Shown here: in pieces, positions 1 to 11,912 of the stretch
How positions within the stretch are numbered: the first letter of the stretch is position 1
Layout: every line of letters begins with the position of its first letter
Assembly (NCBI GenBank): GCA_910592345.1
Contig: CAJVPI010000064.1
Location: 1-62,646, forward strand
From: Paraglomus brasilianum
Lineage: Eukaryota
Length of the DNA: 62,646 nt
Direction of reading: 5' to 3'
Made by a program: the position numbers and the translations under genes
The notes under the pieces: generated by a model
The model's input: the letters and a program-made list of their open reading frames with translations, nothing else
What the model was told of the DNA's origin: nothing
Databases searched by the model: none

Positions 1-77
1 GCTGACGCGGGAGCCTATTCCCTGACAGGACTTGTTATTCCTAATTTATTAGTAATGATAGGTTTTAATATAGGCGT
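1..77 (+). ncRNA. Fanzor2/TnpB element right end, putative omega-RNA scaffold (copy 1, cut by window start)
   Basis: Near-identical to the reverse complement of 62263..62358, the sequence right after the Fanzor stop codon: GCTGACGCGGGAGCCTATTCCCTGACAGGACTTGTTATTCCTAATTT...ATTAGTAATGATAGG.TTTAAT.TAGGCGT, with a ~19 nt internal deletion. The omega-RNA role is inferred from TnpB/Fanzor biology. Confidence 0.7.
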
Positions 78-309
78 CAAAACTCAACGCCAATACAATC
101 GAGATGTAATTCAGAAGAATCAACGGAAGCCGTTGGAAAATTATTAAGGATGATGGAGTATCTGTTAACGAGACAATTGTTTCAAGCGAATCAGAGACGC
201 TTGTAGCATCAGAAGATGGAACAGTGTCCACGAAATGACTCAGCACACAAGCAGCAATAAGAGATGTCGACTGATTATAGTAGCCCTGTAATTGATGAAT
301 TGGAACACG
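75..309 (+). pseudogene. Captured, decayed fragment of an FMP27/HOB coding exon
   Basis: Aligns to the minus strand of ~53643..53366 (QNSTPIQSRRNSEESTEAVG..KIIKDDGVSVNETVVSSESETLVASEDGTVS..MTQHTSSNKR..TDYS) with few substitutions and several short deletions. Confidence 0.92.
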
Positions 310-765
310 TATATCCATGGAGATCTTTCCTTCCCACCCAGGCAGTTTGCTCGACAAATTCACCCACTGTTCAGCATCGCGGTTTAGTAAGTTAGAAAGA
401 AGACCACTTACGGGGCCTCTTCCCAGTTTGCTTTCAGATGTAAATTTCCTTGGATCCACCACAGTTTGTCAGTCGCTAGAAGATTGGAGGTTGACATTAC
501 CACCGCGTATTTGCATAACATTACCGGAGAGTTCGCTCAAATAGTACCTTTTTTTTTATTCACCTCGCTCTATCAGCGATGGTGTTCGCAGTTTTCTTGA
601 AGTCGAGCTGTTCTGCATTATTGGCTTGAATAACAGCCAGTAGGCACTACCGATTAAATTTATGTGCGATCGTTTAGTTTAGTAATCTTACTTCTCAACA
701 AGACTTTTTGTTATTTTTAGTACGAGCAATCTTTCAATATCCTATTGTACGTGTAGGGCTAAATA

Positions 766-963
766 CAGTCAGACCTCTCTAAACGCACGTTGTCGGGACT
801 ATAGTGAAAAAAATCCAAAAGTGTGCATTTAGAGAGAGTGTGCATTTACAGAGAGCAAAATATATAATGTTCTTATAAGCTGGGACTGAACCATACCGTG
901 CATTTATGGAGAGTTTATATAGTGTGTGCATTTAGAGAGGTTGCATTTAGAGAGGTCTGACTG
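766..963. mobile_element. Tc1/mariner-pogo-type MITE
   Basis: TIRs CAGTCAGACCTCTCTAAACGCA / TGCATTTAGAGAGGTCTGACTG, flanked by TA at 764-765 and 964-965; internal repeats of GTGCATTTA. Confidence 0.88.
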
Positions 964-1179
964 TATAAATATTAAAAATCTGGTCCAAACTAACCAATCG
1001 TAATAGTTAGTGCTTCTTTATTTGCTAAACACACGTGTAAGTCAGCAACTACTTGATCAAGCAGTTACACTACCTGAATTAGCAAAGGTCAAAAAGAAAC
1101 ATGGTGTTACTGCAGTTGTCAAATAATAGTCAGTAATAAAAGATCCGCAACTGCCACCCATGTTTGCTCATTTATCACG

Positions 1180-2178
1180 ATGAAAGTACTTGTCTGCGGA
1201 GGGGCAGGATATATTGGCTCTCATTTGGTGTGGGAATTGGCAGCTATTCCAGGATATGAAGTCGTCATTCTGGATAACTTGTCGATGGGTCATATCGAGT
1301 GTGTACCGGAAGGCATAGCCTTCGAACAAGCAGACATCAGAGACAAAGAAGCACTTGACCAAGTCTTTTCTAAGCATACTCCAGAAGCCGTCATGCACTT
1401 TTGTGCATCCGCATCAGTGGGGGAGAGTATGATCGATCCACTACTCTATTATGAGAATAACGTGGTGGGCACTGTGTTTTTGTTACAGGCTATGAATAAA
1501 TACAACGTCAAATATTTTATCTTCTCATCGACTGCTGCTCTCTTTGGCACGCCTGAAGTTATTCCCATTGCAGATGATGCTCCTACCAAGCCGATTAATC
1601 CATATGGAGATACCAAGTTGGCGGTTGAGGGCATTCTAAAGTGGTGTGAAAAGGCCTACGGAACTAAATATGTGTGTCTTCGATATTTCAATGCATGTGG
1701 AGCACACAAAAGTGGCGATATCGGAGAAGATCATGACCCTGAAACTCATCTGATTCCTCTTGTCCTTCAAGTTGCTCTTGGCCGTCGTCCTGCTATCAAG
1801 ATATTTGGAGATGACTACAAGACAAAAGACGGTACCTGTGTTAGAGATTATGTTCATGTCACTGATCTTGCGACTGCTCATATCAAAGCTCTCGAATATC
1901 TGGTGAGGGAAAACAAGTCTAATCAATTTAACCTTGGCAGCGGCGAAGGATATTCTGTAAAGGAGGTGATTGAGGCGGCAAGGGAAGTTACAGGGCACCC
2001 TATTCCGGCAGTGATCGAGAGTCGTCGACCGGGGGATCCTGATGTGTTAATTGCATCATCCGAAAGAGCAGAGAAAATTCTCGGATGGGAGAAGAAGTAT
2101 AACACCGTAAAGGAAATAGTCGCCACTGCTTGGAAGTATCATCAGAAACATCCCAGCGGATTTGACGGCAAAAAGTAA
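1180..2178 (+). CDS. galE: UDP-glucose 4-epimerase (single-domain GalE), intronless
   Basis: 332 aa ORF with GGAGYIGSH NAD-binding motif, FSSTAA, YGDTK (YxxxK), LRYFNA, DGTCVRDYVHVTDLA and RRPGDP. Confidence 0.95.
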   Translation: MKVLVCGGAGYIGSHLVWELAAIPGYEVVILDNLSMGHIECVPEGIAFEQADIRDKEALDQVFSKHTPEAVMHFCASASVGESMIDPLLYYENNVVGTVFLLQAMNKYNVKYFIFSSTAALFGTPEVIPIADDAPTKPINPYGDTKLAVEGILKWCEKAYGTKYVCLRYFNACGAHKSGDIGEDHDPETHLIPLVLQVALGRRPAIKIFGDDYKTKDGTCVRDYVHVTDLATAHIKALEYLVRENKSNQFNLGSGEGYSVKEVIEAAREVTGHPIPAVIESRRPGDPDVLIASSERAEKILGWEKKYNTVKEIVATAWKYHQKHPSGFDGKK

Positions 2179-3508
2179 AAGACAGCGAGTTATAACTTGG
2201 GGATTTCATAGATACCGATTGCGAAAAGTCAGAATAGCTAGAAAGAAAAACATGAACCTGTATACTAATCTAGATTGATTGACGATTGGGATTATATATA
2301 ATAAACGGAATATTAATACGAATTTTGATATGAGAATTATTCATGTGGACACATATGATTGTTTTCTTTTTGCCTTTCTGGATTTTCAGTAGTCAAACAT
2401 TATATTAGGTACTTTATTCAGTTAATTAACAACTACGATTAATATTTGATAAGTAAATAATGATAAAATGTATTATGATATATTGATAATATGATGATGA
2501 TAATGATGATAATAATAATATATACCTATGCAATAATGAATTATTAATACTAATATACTTTTAACCTCGATTCATTGAAACCCATTCAATTAATGTTTGT
2601 ATTCACAACTACTCTACTTTCATTAACCCCAATGAACATTTTCGTTTCTATATTTTAATGTCTATGATAGCCAATTGTCCGTCATTTTCTACTGTACATG
2701 ATTTGCATTCAACAATGTATATATATGTTTGTAGAATTATCTTGTATACATATTGTCAGAGATTTTGGAATAACTATATCACGTGATAACCGACTCACTT
2801 GGTCACATTGAATGTTGCAATGGGTGACTTTACTGAGACTGAATGAGTAAAGTTCCATGCATCGTTGTCGATGAGAACTAGTTACATATGTATCTCATGG
2901 GGGATATCCACTTGTTTCTATATTCAAAGAAACAAAAATGTTCTCTTAGATCTACGTTGTGTCAAAGAGCTCACTTAATTTTATATAAAGTCTAGCTATA
3001 CAGGCTGAGACTTGATCGGGGGATAATGATCAAAGGGGAAGAATTGAACAAGGTTGGATAAATATCTGATTAGGAAATTGGGTCAAGTTTGACACGAATT
3101 CCATAAGAAATGTTGGGGATAATAAATAACAATACAATGCCATTAAATACGCCAAAAAGCTGCTGTATTGCTCATTTTTCAAGTCATCTGCAAAGACCAC
3201 AATGACCCATGAGCCACGGCATTGAAGCAAAAAGAAGAGGGTGAGGAGAAAAAGGGGGGAGGGGTAGTATCATAAAGGGGACAAGGGAATAAGAGAAAAT
3301 GGGGATACAAAAAAAATTGATGGGTCTCAATACAAAACGCGAAAGTACAGGTTTGGTTCCCACAAAATCAAAAAAGGATTAATCGAATGAGATATCAAAA
3401 AAAGGCCAACAGAGAAAAAATCGGATGCGAGGAACAATCAGACGAGAGAACAATCCAGGAGACGAAGAGCAATCCAAGATTTATCCATGTGAGGAAAAAG
3501 AGATCCTT

Positions 3509-6500
3509 TTAATACGAATTTGTAATAAATGGATGCTAAAAGAAAATAAAAATTAACAAGTATGAATAATAGTTTATAACATTTATAACGTTTGATAACA
3601 TCAATCGTATATCTATTGTTAAATGCAAACCTCAAGAAGTTCCTCAGCTGACAATCTATTCTCGCTATCCTTCGCAAAGCATCGTTCCAAGAAATCGACA
3701 GCTTCCCAACCAAATTCGGCCTTCTTGCGCATACGTTCAAAACCGTACGGTTTCTCACCTTTGCGCAATCTGAGCATAATCTCATCATCTCGAATACGGC
3801 CCCATGCGGCTTTGCCAGTCAATAATTCCAAAATGCAAACACCCAAAGACCAGATGTCGACTTTTGTATCATATGGACGATCGGGGTTGACAAGAACAAC
3901 GTCGGGAGCCATATACGGAATTGTACCAACCATTCCAGTCGTTGATGTAGAAGTCAGAGAAGAAATACCAAAGTCAGCTAAATAAAAGAAAATTGACGAA
4001 TTAATAAATATATCATTCAATGGCATAGAAAGTAAAAGGCACAAATTCATACTGCATTATTTGTGGTTGTGACACTCACCAAGTTTGATTTCGTTGTTAG
4101 CACCGCTCAAGATATTGGACAATTTAATATCACGATGAATAATTCCATGAGCATGTAAATGTTTCAATGCTTTCAAAAGCTACACAGATAAAATTTCCAA
4201 AAGTCAATAAACTATTATTACTTGCCGCAATCCCGTGTCTCAAATAACGTAATCAGTGACATTTTCTTACCTCTCCAGCAATACGTCCGACTTCTCGTTG
4301 AGAGACTTTGCCAGCCTTGCTAGTAACATCACCGCGAACACATTTCTCCATTACAAGCCATACTTCACGCGTCTTTCCATCCCATTTCAAGAAACTCTCT
4401 TTAAAATCAACAATGTTTTCATGCTTGAGATTTTTCAGGACGTAAATTTCATTAAAAATGAATTCGAGAGAGTATGTCAATGGGACTATTTTAATGGCAC
4501 GTTCTTCACCATTATCAGAACCTAATTGACGAGCTGAATAGACTTTGGCTGAAGAACCTTCGTCCATCATTTTCTTGACATCGTAACGTTTCAATGGGTT
4601 TTCGCGAGAGCATGTTTCACTGAGTAATCGAATAAAGTGTTGCAATTGAGTAAGTGTATCCTTGGAAGCTGGTGGCGGTGGCGGTGAAGGAATTGGACTA
4701 GCAGTTGATTTGTTGTTTGAAGCAGAAGATTGACCAGATTCATGAGCAGGCGATCGAGCACGACTAGACCTGCCGCTAGATGGAGATGGTGACCGAAAAG
4801 ACGACGTAGTTGACTGAGATGATGACCGAGAACTTGGACCATAACGGGAAGAAGCAGTTGAATTGTTAGCAGATGATTGAGATGTGACCGAAGTTTGGGA
4901 AGTTTGTTTAGTTATAGAATTGCCGAATTCAGAAGAAGATGCCGAGCGAGAAGATGTGACCGAGTTGGGATAAGAATTTTTGTGACCATTTGAACCGGAA
5001 GATTGTTTTACCAAACCGTTTGAGTTAGCGTTGTTTTTAGAAAAGTTGGAGGAATTGTCGTATCCGGATGAAACAACCGATACATGTGAGTTAGTGACCG
5101 CAGATTCCGATGAATTCGATTGAGAGTTAGCCGACGTATAACTGTATGAAGAACCAGTAGAGATATTACGTTGAGATGTGACCGAGTTGAGAGATTTTCC
5201 AGAGTTAGCTGAAACAGATGAGTTTGAAGTGACCGATGAGCCGTATAAATCACGTTGAGAGGCAGCCAATGAAGAATCAGATGACGATTCAGAAGAAAAA
5301 GATTCACGATGTTCGGTTGTTGATTTTATGTAACCTTGACCGGATGAGATAGAAGTGACCTTTGATGCCGACAAATTAGATTGAAAAGTAGCCGATAAAG
5401 ATGAGACCGCAATGTTGTTTTGAAGAGATGAGTTGGGTGTGACCAGATTTGAGTTGTTTGAAGTAGTTGTTGATTGTCCATTATTTTGAAGCAAGTTGTA
5501 GTTTGTGTTTTTGACCATTTTACCATTACCGTTTTCATGAATACTTCCGATTCCAGAATCAGAAGAACTTGTGGAATTAGCACGGGGGCGACGTAGGCGA
5601 CGTTGAGGTTTTGTGACCGGAGTTGAAGTAGTAACAACGTTAGAAGTTTTGTTAGAGGTGTGACCAACCGAGACATTAGAGATAGGAGTGACCAAAGCAT
5701 TCGATGTGGGATTTACAATTGGAGATTTAATCGAGTAAGGAAAAGCTGAAGCCGATTGTTTAGGTTTAGCATTAATTGCTCGGAGAGCTTCGACGTCGAC
5801 TTCGTCATCTTCGTCGTCCTCTTCCTCACAAATAGCATCCAGCTCATTTTTAGCAGAAACATTCGATTTCCATTTTTTGATATCGTCCGCAAGAGAAGAG
5901 GAATTATCCGAGTTGAGGAAATAAGTTGATTTTACATCGTTCTTGGCTTCAGATTGAGTATTACCGATAGAAGGACTAGAATCACTATCAGAATCAGATT
6001 CACTGCGATCGGAAACTGAAGACAGAGTGTCTGAAGAAGAGAACGGTCCATCAGAAGCTTCACCCTCAAAGATCTTTTCCTCGTCGCTTTCGTCAGATTC
6101 CTCCGTGACAATGTTCAATGGACATTCACGTTTAGCATTAACCAAGGCCTGACGGCTGTGTTCAAACTCTGATTGTTTGCTGAGCATCTCAGAACCAAAG
6201 CCGCCTGGATGACGCGCGGCATTGAATGAGGGTTGAACTAGCACCTCGGGGTCGAGAGGTACGGCAGCAGCTGAAACGTGATGAGAAGTGACTGGAGTAG
6301 GAGCAAGTCTAGATGGAGTAACCGAAGATTTGACCTGAGTAGTAGTAGTAGCCGGTAGAGGAGTTGCAACTGGAGCCGCCGGGGCAGCAGTAGTAGGACG
6401 TGATGCAACCAATGAAGAGATGACAGAAGATTGTTGAGCAGTGGAAGTAGCGGCGGACGTGGTCGTGTTGGCGGTACGTTTTGAGGTCTGAGATACAACA

Positions 6501-6823
6501 GCGGCTACTTGTTTGTCACCTTTGACTCTTTGATAGTTCTTGGCAATCTGGGAGAGTTTTGTGGGAATATCTTGCTCAGTTTGCTTGCGCAATTCTGCTT
6601 CTTCGACCATACTTTTAAGCAATTCATTTTGTGCGGACAATTCCCTATTCCTAGCCTCGACTTGACAGATGCGCTCTCTTAGTGCGTCCACGACATCTGC
6701 ATATTCCTCGAGCTCATTTTCCTTCTCACGCAAAAGCTCATCGCGCTCATCCAGCAGCTTCTTGAGTTGCTTGTTGACACGTACTTGAGCTTCGAGCGAG
6801 TTACTGTTAAGAGCATGGGACAT
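3509..6823 (-). CDS. Ste20/PAK-like Ser/Thr kinase with N-terminal coiled coil and long Ser-rich disordered region
   Basis: Predicted exons 6823-4271, 4179-4080, 3977-3631 and 3535-3509, all GT-AG. Motifs: DEGSSAKVY, AIK, HRDIKLSNIL, DFG, GTIPYMAPD, DIWSLG, R.SAEELLEHPFI. The true start may lie further upstream (frame open to 7357). Confidence 0.88.
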
Positions 6824-9800
6824 CTTATGAGACGATAATCCCGAAGGTGAGCTGGGAGGTGAGGTTGGGCGACGGATCGTGGAGGATTGCTTTGATGATT
6901 GAACAGTCGCTGTCGATGAGGGCAAGCTCTTCTTGAGGATGCCAACTAAATTGTTTGATTGAGGACTGACTGATCGTTGGCGATAAGAACTTGTTGGGCG
7001 GACGGATGCTGATGATTGTCCGTGAGGAGTAATTGAGCGAGTGGATGATCCACCTGACGAACGCCTGAGTGTTGGTTGCGGAGATACAGGCGGTGAATCA
7101 TCTTTTTGTTTTGAATAGTTTGAGATTGCCTGTCTGTTGCGCTCGATAAAGTCGGTGGACTTGTTTCCGTGCGGTGTTGATGGTCTTCGTACGGACTGAG
7201 AGGGTGAGATTTGGGTAAAATAACATGTGAGAAAGTGAAGGGATAAAAGAAAGGATTCGGCGTCGTTCGAGATGTTTACCTTCTTTGGTTTGACTGGAGA
7301 AGATTTGGGAAATGTCTCTTGTATGAGAGCCTTGGGGGAGAAGAATAGGAAAAAGATTTAGCACGAACGACCATAATATTTAAGTCACATGATTTACACG
7401 TGTTCATTACCTCGTAACGATTCGATAAGTTATTATACATGGTTTGGTGAGGTGCGCCCTAGGTGACAAGGGGACAAGGAAAGAAATGCATAAATTAAAG
7501 ATTAGCATGTGGAAAATAATGGATTGGGGGGGGATATGAGAATGTATGCAACGCTGTCGATGCAACGCTGTCGATGCAACGCTGTCAATGCCAAGTTGTC
7601 AATGCCAAGTTGACAATGCCAGCATAAACTACGATTGATGAATTGCACAAAATGGCATTGGCATATAGCTACTCTATCGCTTGTTCTATTTACTATTGTA
7701 CTTGTGGAATAAATACATCGCATCAATGTTGGGGTTGTTTATACGCTTGTACCAACTAAACCAATCTCTAAGCTAAGCATTTTTTTTTTTTTTTTGCAAT
7801 AATTCATATTTTGTCCTTTGTTCTTTGCATAATCATCATCATCATGCCTCCTAATTGTGCTGATACGCATGTGCTAACAATCTACTCTCTGTTTGTTATT
7901 CGTTGTATGAAATGACTCGAGTGTAACCTTGAGGGCATATCATTGCGGCAGTGGAATTGTGGCAGCAGTGCAGCAAATGAATACGCCCATTGGTATAAAT
8001 TTAACTCTTTTCTCATAGAACTCCATCATATCTAAGATGTCTATTAATACGGTATATGATAAAGTTTATATAGTAAATGATTGACAGATAAGCACTCACA
8101 TTTACCGTTCGACCGTTAGCCACCTTGGTACCATAACTCGTATTGGTTTGGTTGTCCTTGGTTTTCCGGTGAACAGAAGAACGCACGGCTGGTGATAATG
8201 GAGCCGGCATGATATGTTCTGTTGATGTAAAGTGAGTTAGTTAAGTTATGTATGCGTGTGGGTTTGTATGTGTGGTTTGTATATGTGTGGGGGGTGTGTG
8301 TAGTGTGTAGTGTGTGTGTAGTGTGTAGTGTGTGTGTGGTGTGTATAGGTATATTATTGAACATACAAGTATGCAAAAGTAATGTCTATTAATATTATGC
8401 TTATGATGAAATATTAGATTATATGCAAATTATATGTGTAAGTGCTTATAGATTAGGATGTATGATTTGGGGGGGGGGGGAGTTCTTGTGTGAAATGCTA
8501 AATTTCTTGCTATGTTTCTAACATAATTTTATCTCTCTTTTAGTGTCGGGTTGATTTGACTACAAAAGGCTTATATATATACTAATGATGTTTGATTTTG
8601 TGTTGCCCTCCTATTTATGACTATCAATATGTCGGGATGATTGTGTGTGTTATTAATTACTAATCTTATCACCAATATACACTGTAATAATATTTCTGAT
8701 TAACGTACAAGAGACCAACGGTTGCTATACAGAGTTGTGTCTCCTCTGCAAGTTTTCTATCTACCACTTGTCTTCTCGTTAATACGCTTGTCTCGGTTGG
8801 TGACAGGAAGAGTGTCGCCAGGACGGGTAGAGTGAGGGAGGGGATACGAGGGGGAGCGTGGGTAGGGCTGGGGTTTATATATTACAAGAATGGTTGGGTG
8901 GCTTACCTTGTAGAAGAGTGAGTTGACTTGTTATCAATCTCTCTCTATTTTTGTTCGTTGGGTTGTTGGTTGGTGATGTTGGTACTTTCCACAACAAATA
9001 AATAGATAGTTAAATATGAAGAGTTGGTTTAATTCTAGTGACGCTTTTTGAATGTGGATGTCGTTATTTCTTGTAACCTGATGTCGCGGTTGTCGAGATA
9101 TTGAGTTGGGGGTTATATATAGTTATATATTCCTACAAAGTCCCATTATTTATACGGTTTGCAGTAATGTCCATTAAATGGTCTGTATATATTATGCATT
9201 GAATGCTTCATGTACTATTTATACATCAAATATATATGTGATATCTAAGTCAAAGTGACTGATGTATAACATTTTAATTTATATATATTTACGGTTTTAG
9301 GGGAAATTTGACATGTTGAGTACAAACCATGCCCAATCAAAAAAATACGCAACGCTACGTATACAGTCTGAAAATACAATCATTGTGTATATACAATGTA
9401 ATGTAATGTAATGTAAATTATATATTCTTCAGAGAGTGAATGTATGCCTTATACAATACAATATAATACAACATAATATAATACAATATTAAAATATACT
9501 GCTTGCTTATCTTTCGACCTTGAACAATGTTTACAATCCCCCTCCCTTTTTTATATATATTAAAATAGTCGCATCCCGACCAATAAGATTCTCCTATATT
9601 CCGAGGAACCAATGCCCTCTTATCGACACATGCTTGCTCGTTATCACCCGTCGTTCATATTAACTTTTAGTTCTCCCTCCATTTCCTATCGTCAATTGCT
9701 TAACTAATTCAAGCGTGGCTTTTAACTATCCTGTTATTCAGCATACTCTTCACTAGTTTATGACAGCTGCGTTGCACAACCTGCACATTCTATCATCCTT

Positions 9801-10146
9801 TATTCCAATCACAACTCCGTGTTCGCTTACTTATACAGTTACATCATTAATATCGAAAAATTAGGCAATTTTTAAGAAAATCTTGGGTAATAAATGAAAC
9901 CTAACCGAGTAATTGCTGTGTGCAGTATAAATATTAAAGTGATGACATCATATGAATATTTTAGCACGAGGCAATTGCTGCTATCAAACTTACCAATTAC
10001 CAATACTAGACATATATATAAAGCATACAATTCTACCAAATATCAGGAGTAATGTCAAACTGAAAAGCACGCATACAATACAATGACAACGTTTAAATAC
10101 AAGTCGTCTATCCCGAGATATTAATTGCCATTAGCGTATATTACCA

Positions 10147-10226
10147 ATATATTGTTACGGTACAAACATATATTGTTACGGTACAAACATATATTGTTAC
10201 GGTACAAACATATATTGTTACGGTAC
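10147..10226. repeat. 21-bp tandem repeat (ATATATTGTTACGGTACAAAC), ~3.7 copies
   Basis: Direct inspection. Confidence 0.9.
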
Positions 10227-11784
10227 GGTAACTAATCCAACTCATCGACAGCCACTGCAAACGATAAACAGACAGGCACGCAAGGCAAGCAAGCCCAGAA
10301 TGAGCAGATGGACAGATAGGCAGACAGGCCAGATGGACAAATGACAGATGACAGATAATGATGAATAGAAAACAATCGTACGGAATACTGTAACCATCAC
10401 AATTGATAGTATATTTATTTACAATAGCATATCTCATGATAAGCGAGCCATCTGACGGTGTTTGCGTAAACGAGGCGAAGCAAACTCAATCATTGCATAG
10501 AAACCGCATCTCATCTGCCAATGAATACGAGTCTTGGACAAAATAGAAAAATTAAAACTTTAAAACCGGATTTTTTTTTGTGTGAGAAAAGAGAAAAAGT
10601 AACTCGTTATTATGCATGCACTAGCATGCCGTTACAATTGCTCAATATATAAGCTGATGGAGAGATAGCAATATCCCATAGACAAATCTCATGACAAGTG
10701 GCAAACCGGTATAGATAACGTATGAAACCCACCCATTCTTCTAGTCCAGAACCCAGTCCCCTTGTCAAGTCCACTGTTGCGCATTAGCCAAAAACAAGTT
10801 TGGAAGAATGACGTTTTAAGTTAAGGCGATTGTGTATTGTTGATATGATGCACCTGTCAAAGTGTGAGAAGTACAACATACGGAGAAGAATGGATGAAAT
10901 CTATCCAAATGAGTGCTGAATACTTTGTTTTGTTATACGTAAATATCTAAATAGTCACAAAATAATCTTCTTCTAACGAAAGCAATGGGACAGATAATGA
11001 TGGGGTCCAGCTAAATTTAAAGCTAAACTTTTACAGCTGCTAAAGCGTATCTGTTTAATGGTGACCACATGATATCATCAGTGTCGTACATATTGTTCTT
11101 GATATGGAAATTTATGGATGGATATTTAATACATGCATCATATAGGTAATGTAAACAAACACCATGAGACAGAAATAAACAATGTGTACGTTAGAGCTGG
11201 CAGGCTATGAAAACATTGAATGTCAGAAGTTCCCAAAATTATCTAATAATCAGGATTATTGAATAATGGAAATAATAACCAACAAGTATTGGGGGGGTTG
11301 ATACGTTTACGCAGCACCAATAATAGCGTTCTTACTATCGTATCGTTACTATCGTTACGAACATCAGCCCTTGTAAGCCGCTCGTTCAACATACGCAGCT
11401 TTGTTCACTGTTCGTGATTCTTTCCGATGTCCCGAGAGTCTCTTTTGGTTGGCTGTCATCTGTTGTTGACATTCAGCCGACTAGGGCGTTGTTGTAATAT
11501 AGCGTGGCACAGTGATGGATGTCGATTGTAGTCACTGCATACGTTGATGATCTATAAATAACTATCTATGATAACCATAATTGGTGATAGAAAATAGAAA
11601 CGCTAGCTGTGGATAATAAGAGATATGTATGCATATCTTACATATCGTGCTTTGTAAATTAGTTTTTTCTTTGCCCAGTTCGAACTATTGTACAATTATT
11701 GATACTGCGTAAAGAATTCCCGCTACGGCTAACCATGCGTAAGTACAGTTTACGCTGATTGGTTGTCATACATTACCAACAATA

Positions 11785-11912
11785 CTAGCTAGCATCACAG
11801 CTAACATCACAGCTAACATCACAGCTAACATCACAGCTAGCATTATCACAGCATTATCACAGCATTATCACAGCATTATCACATCCCCTCGCATCACAGC
11901 TAGCTAGCATCA
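11785..11912. repeat. Compound minisatellite (CATCACAGCTAA / CATTATCACAG)
   Basis: Direct inspection. Confidence 0.85.

Noticed and set aside
49..462. 137-aa minus-strand ORF as a real gene
   Set aside because: Chimeric read-through of an unknown fragment, the antisense of the FMP27 piece and the Fanzor end.
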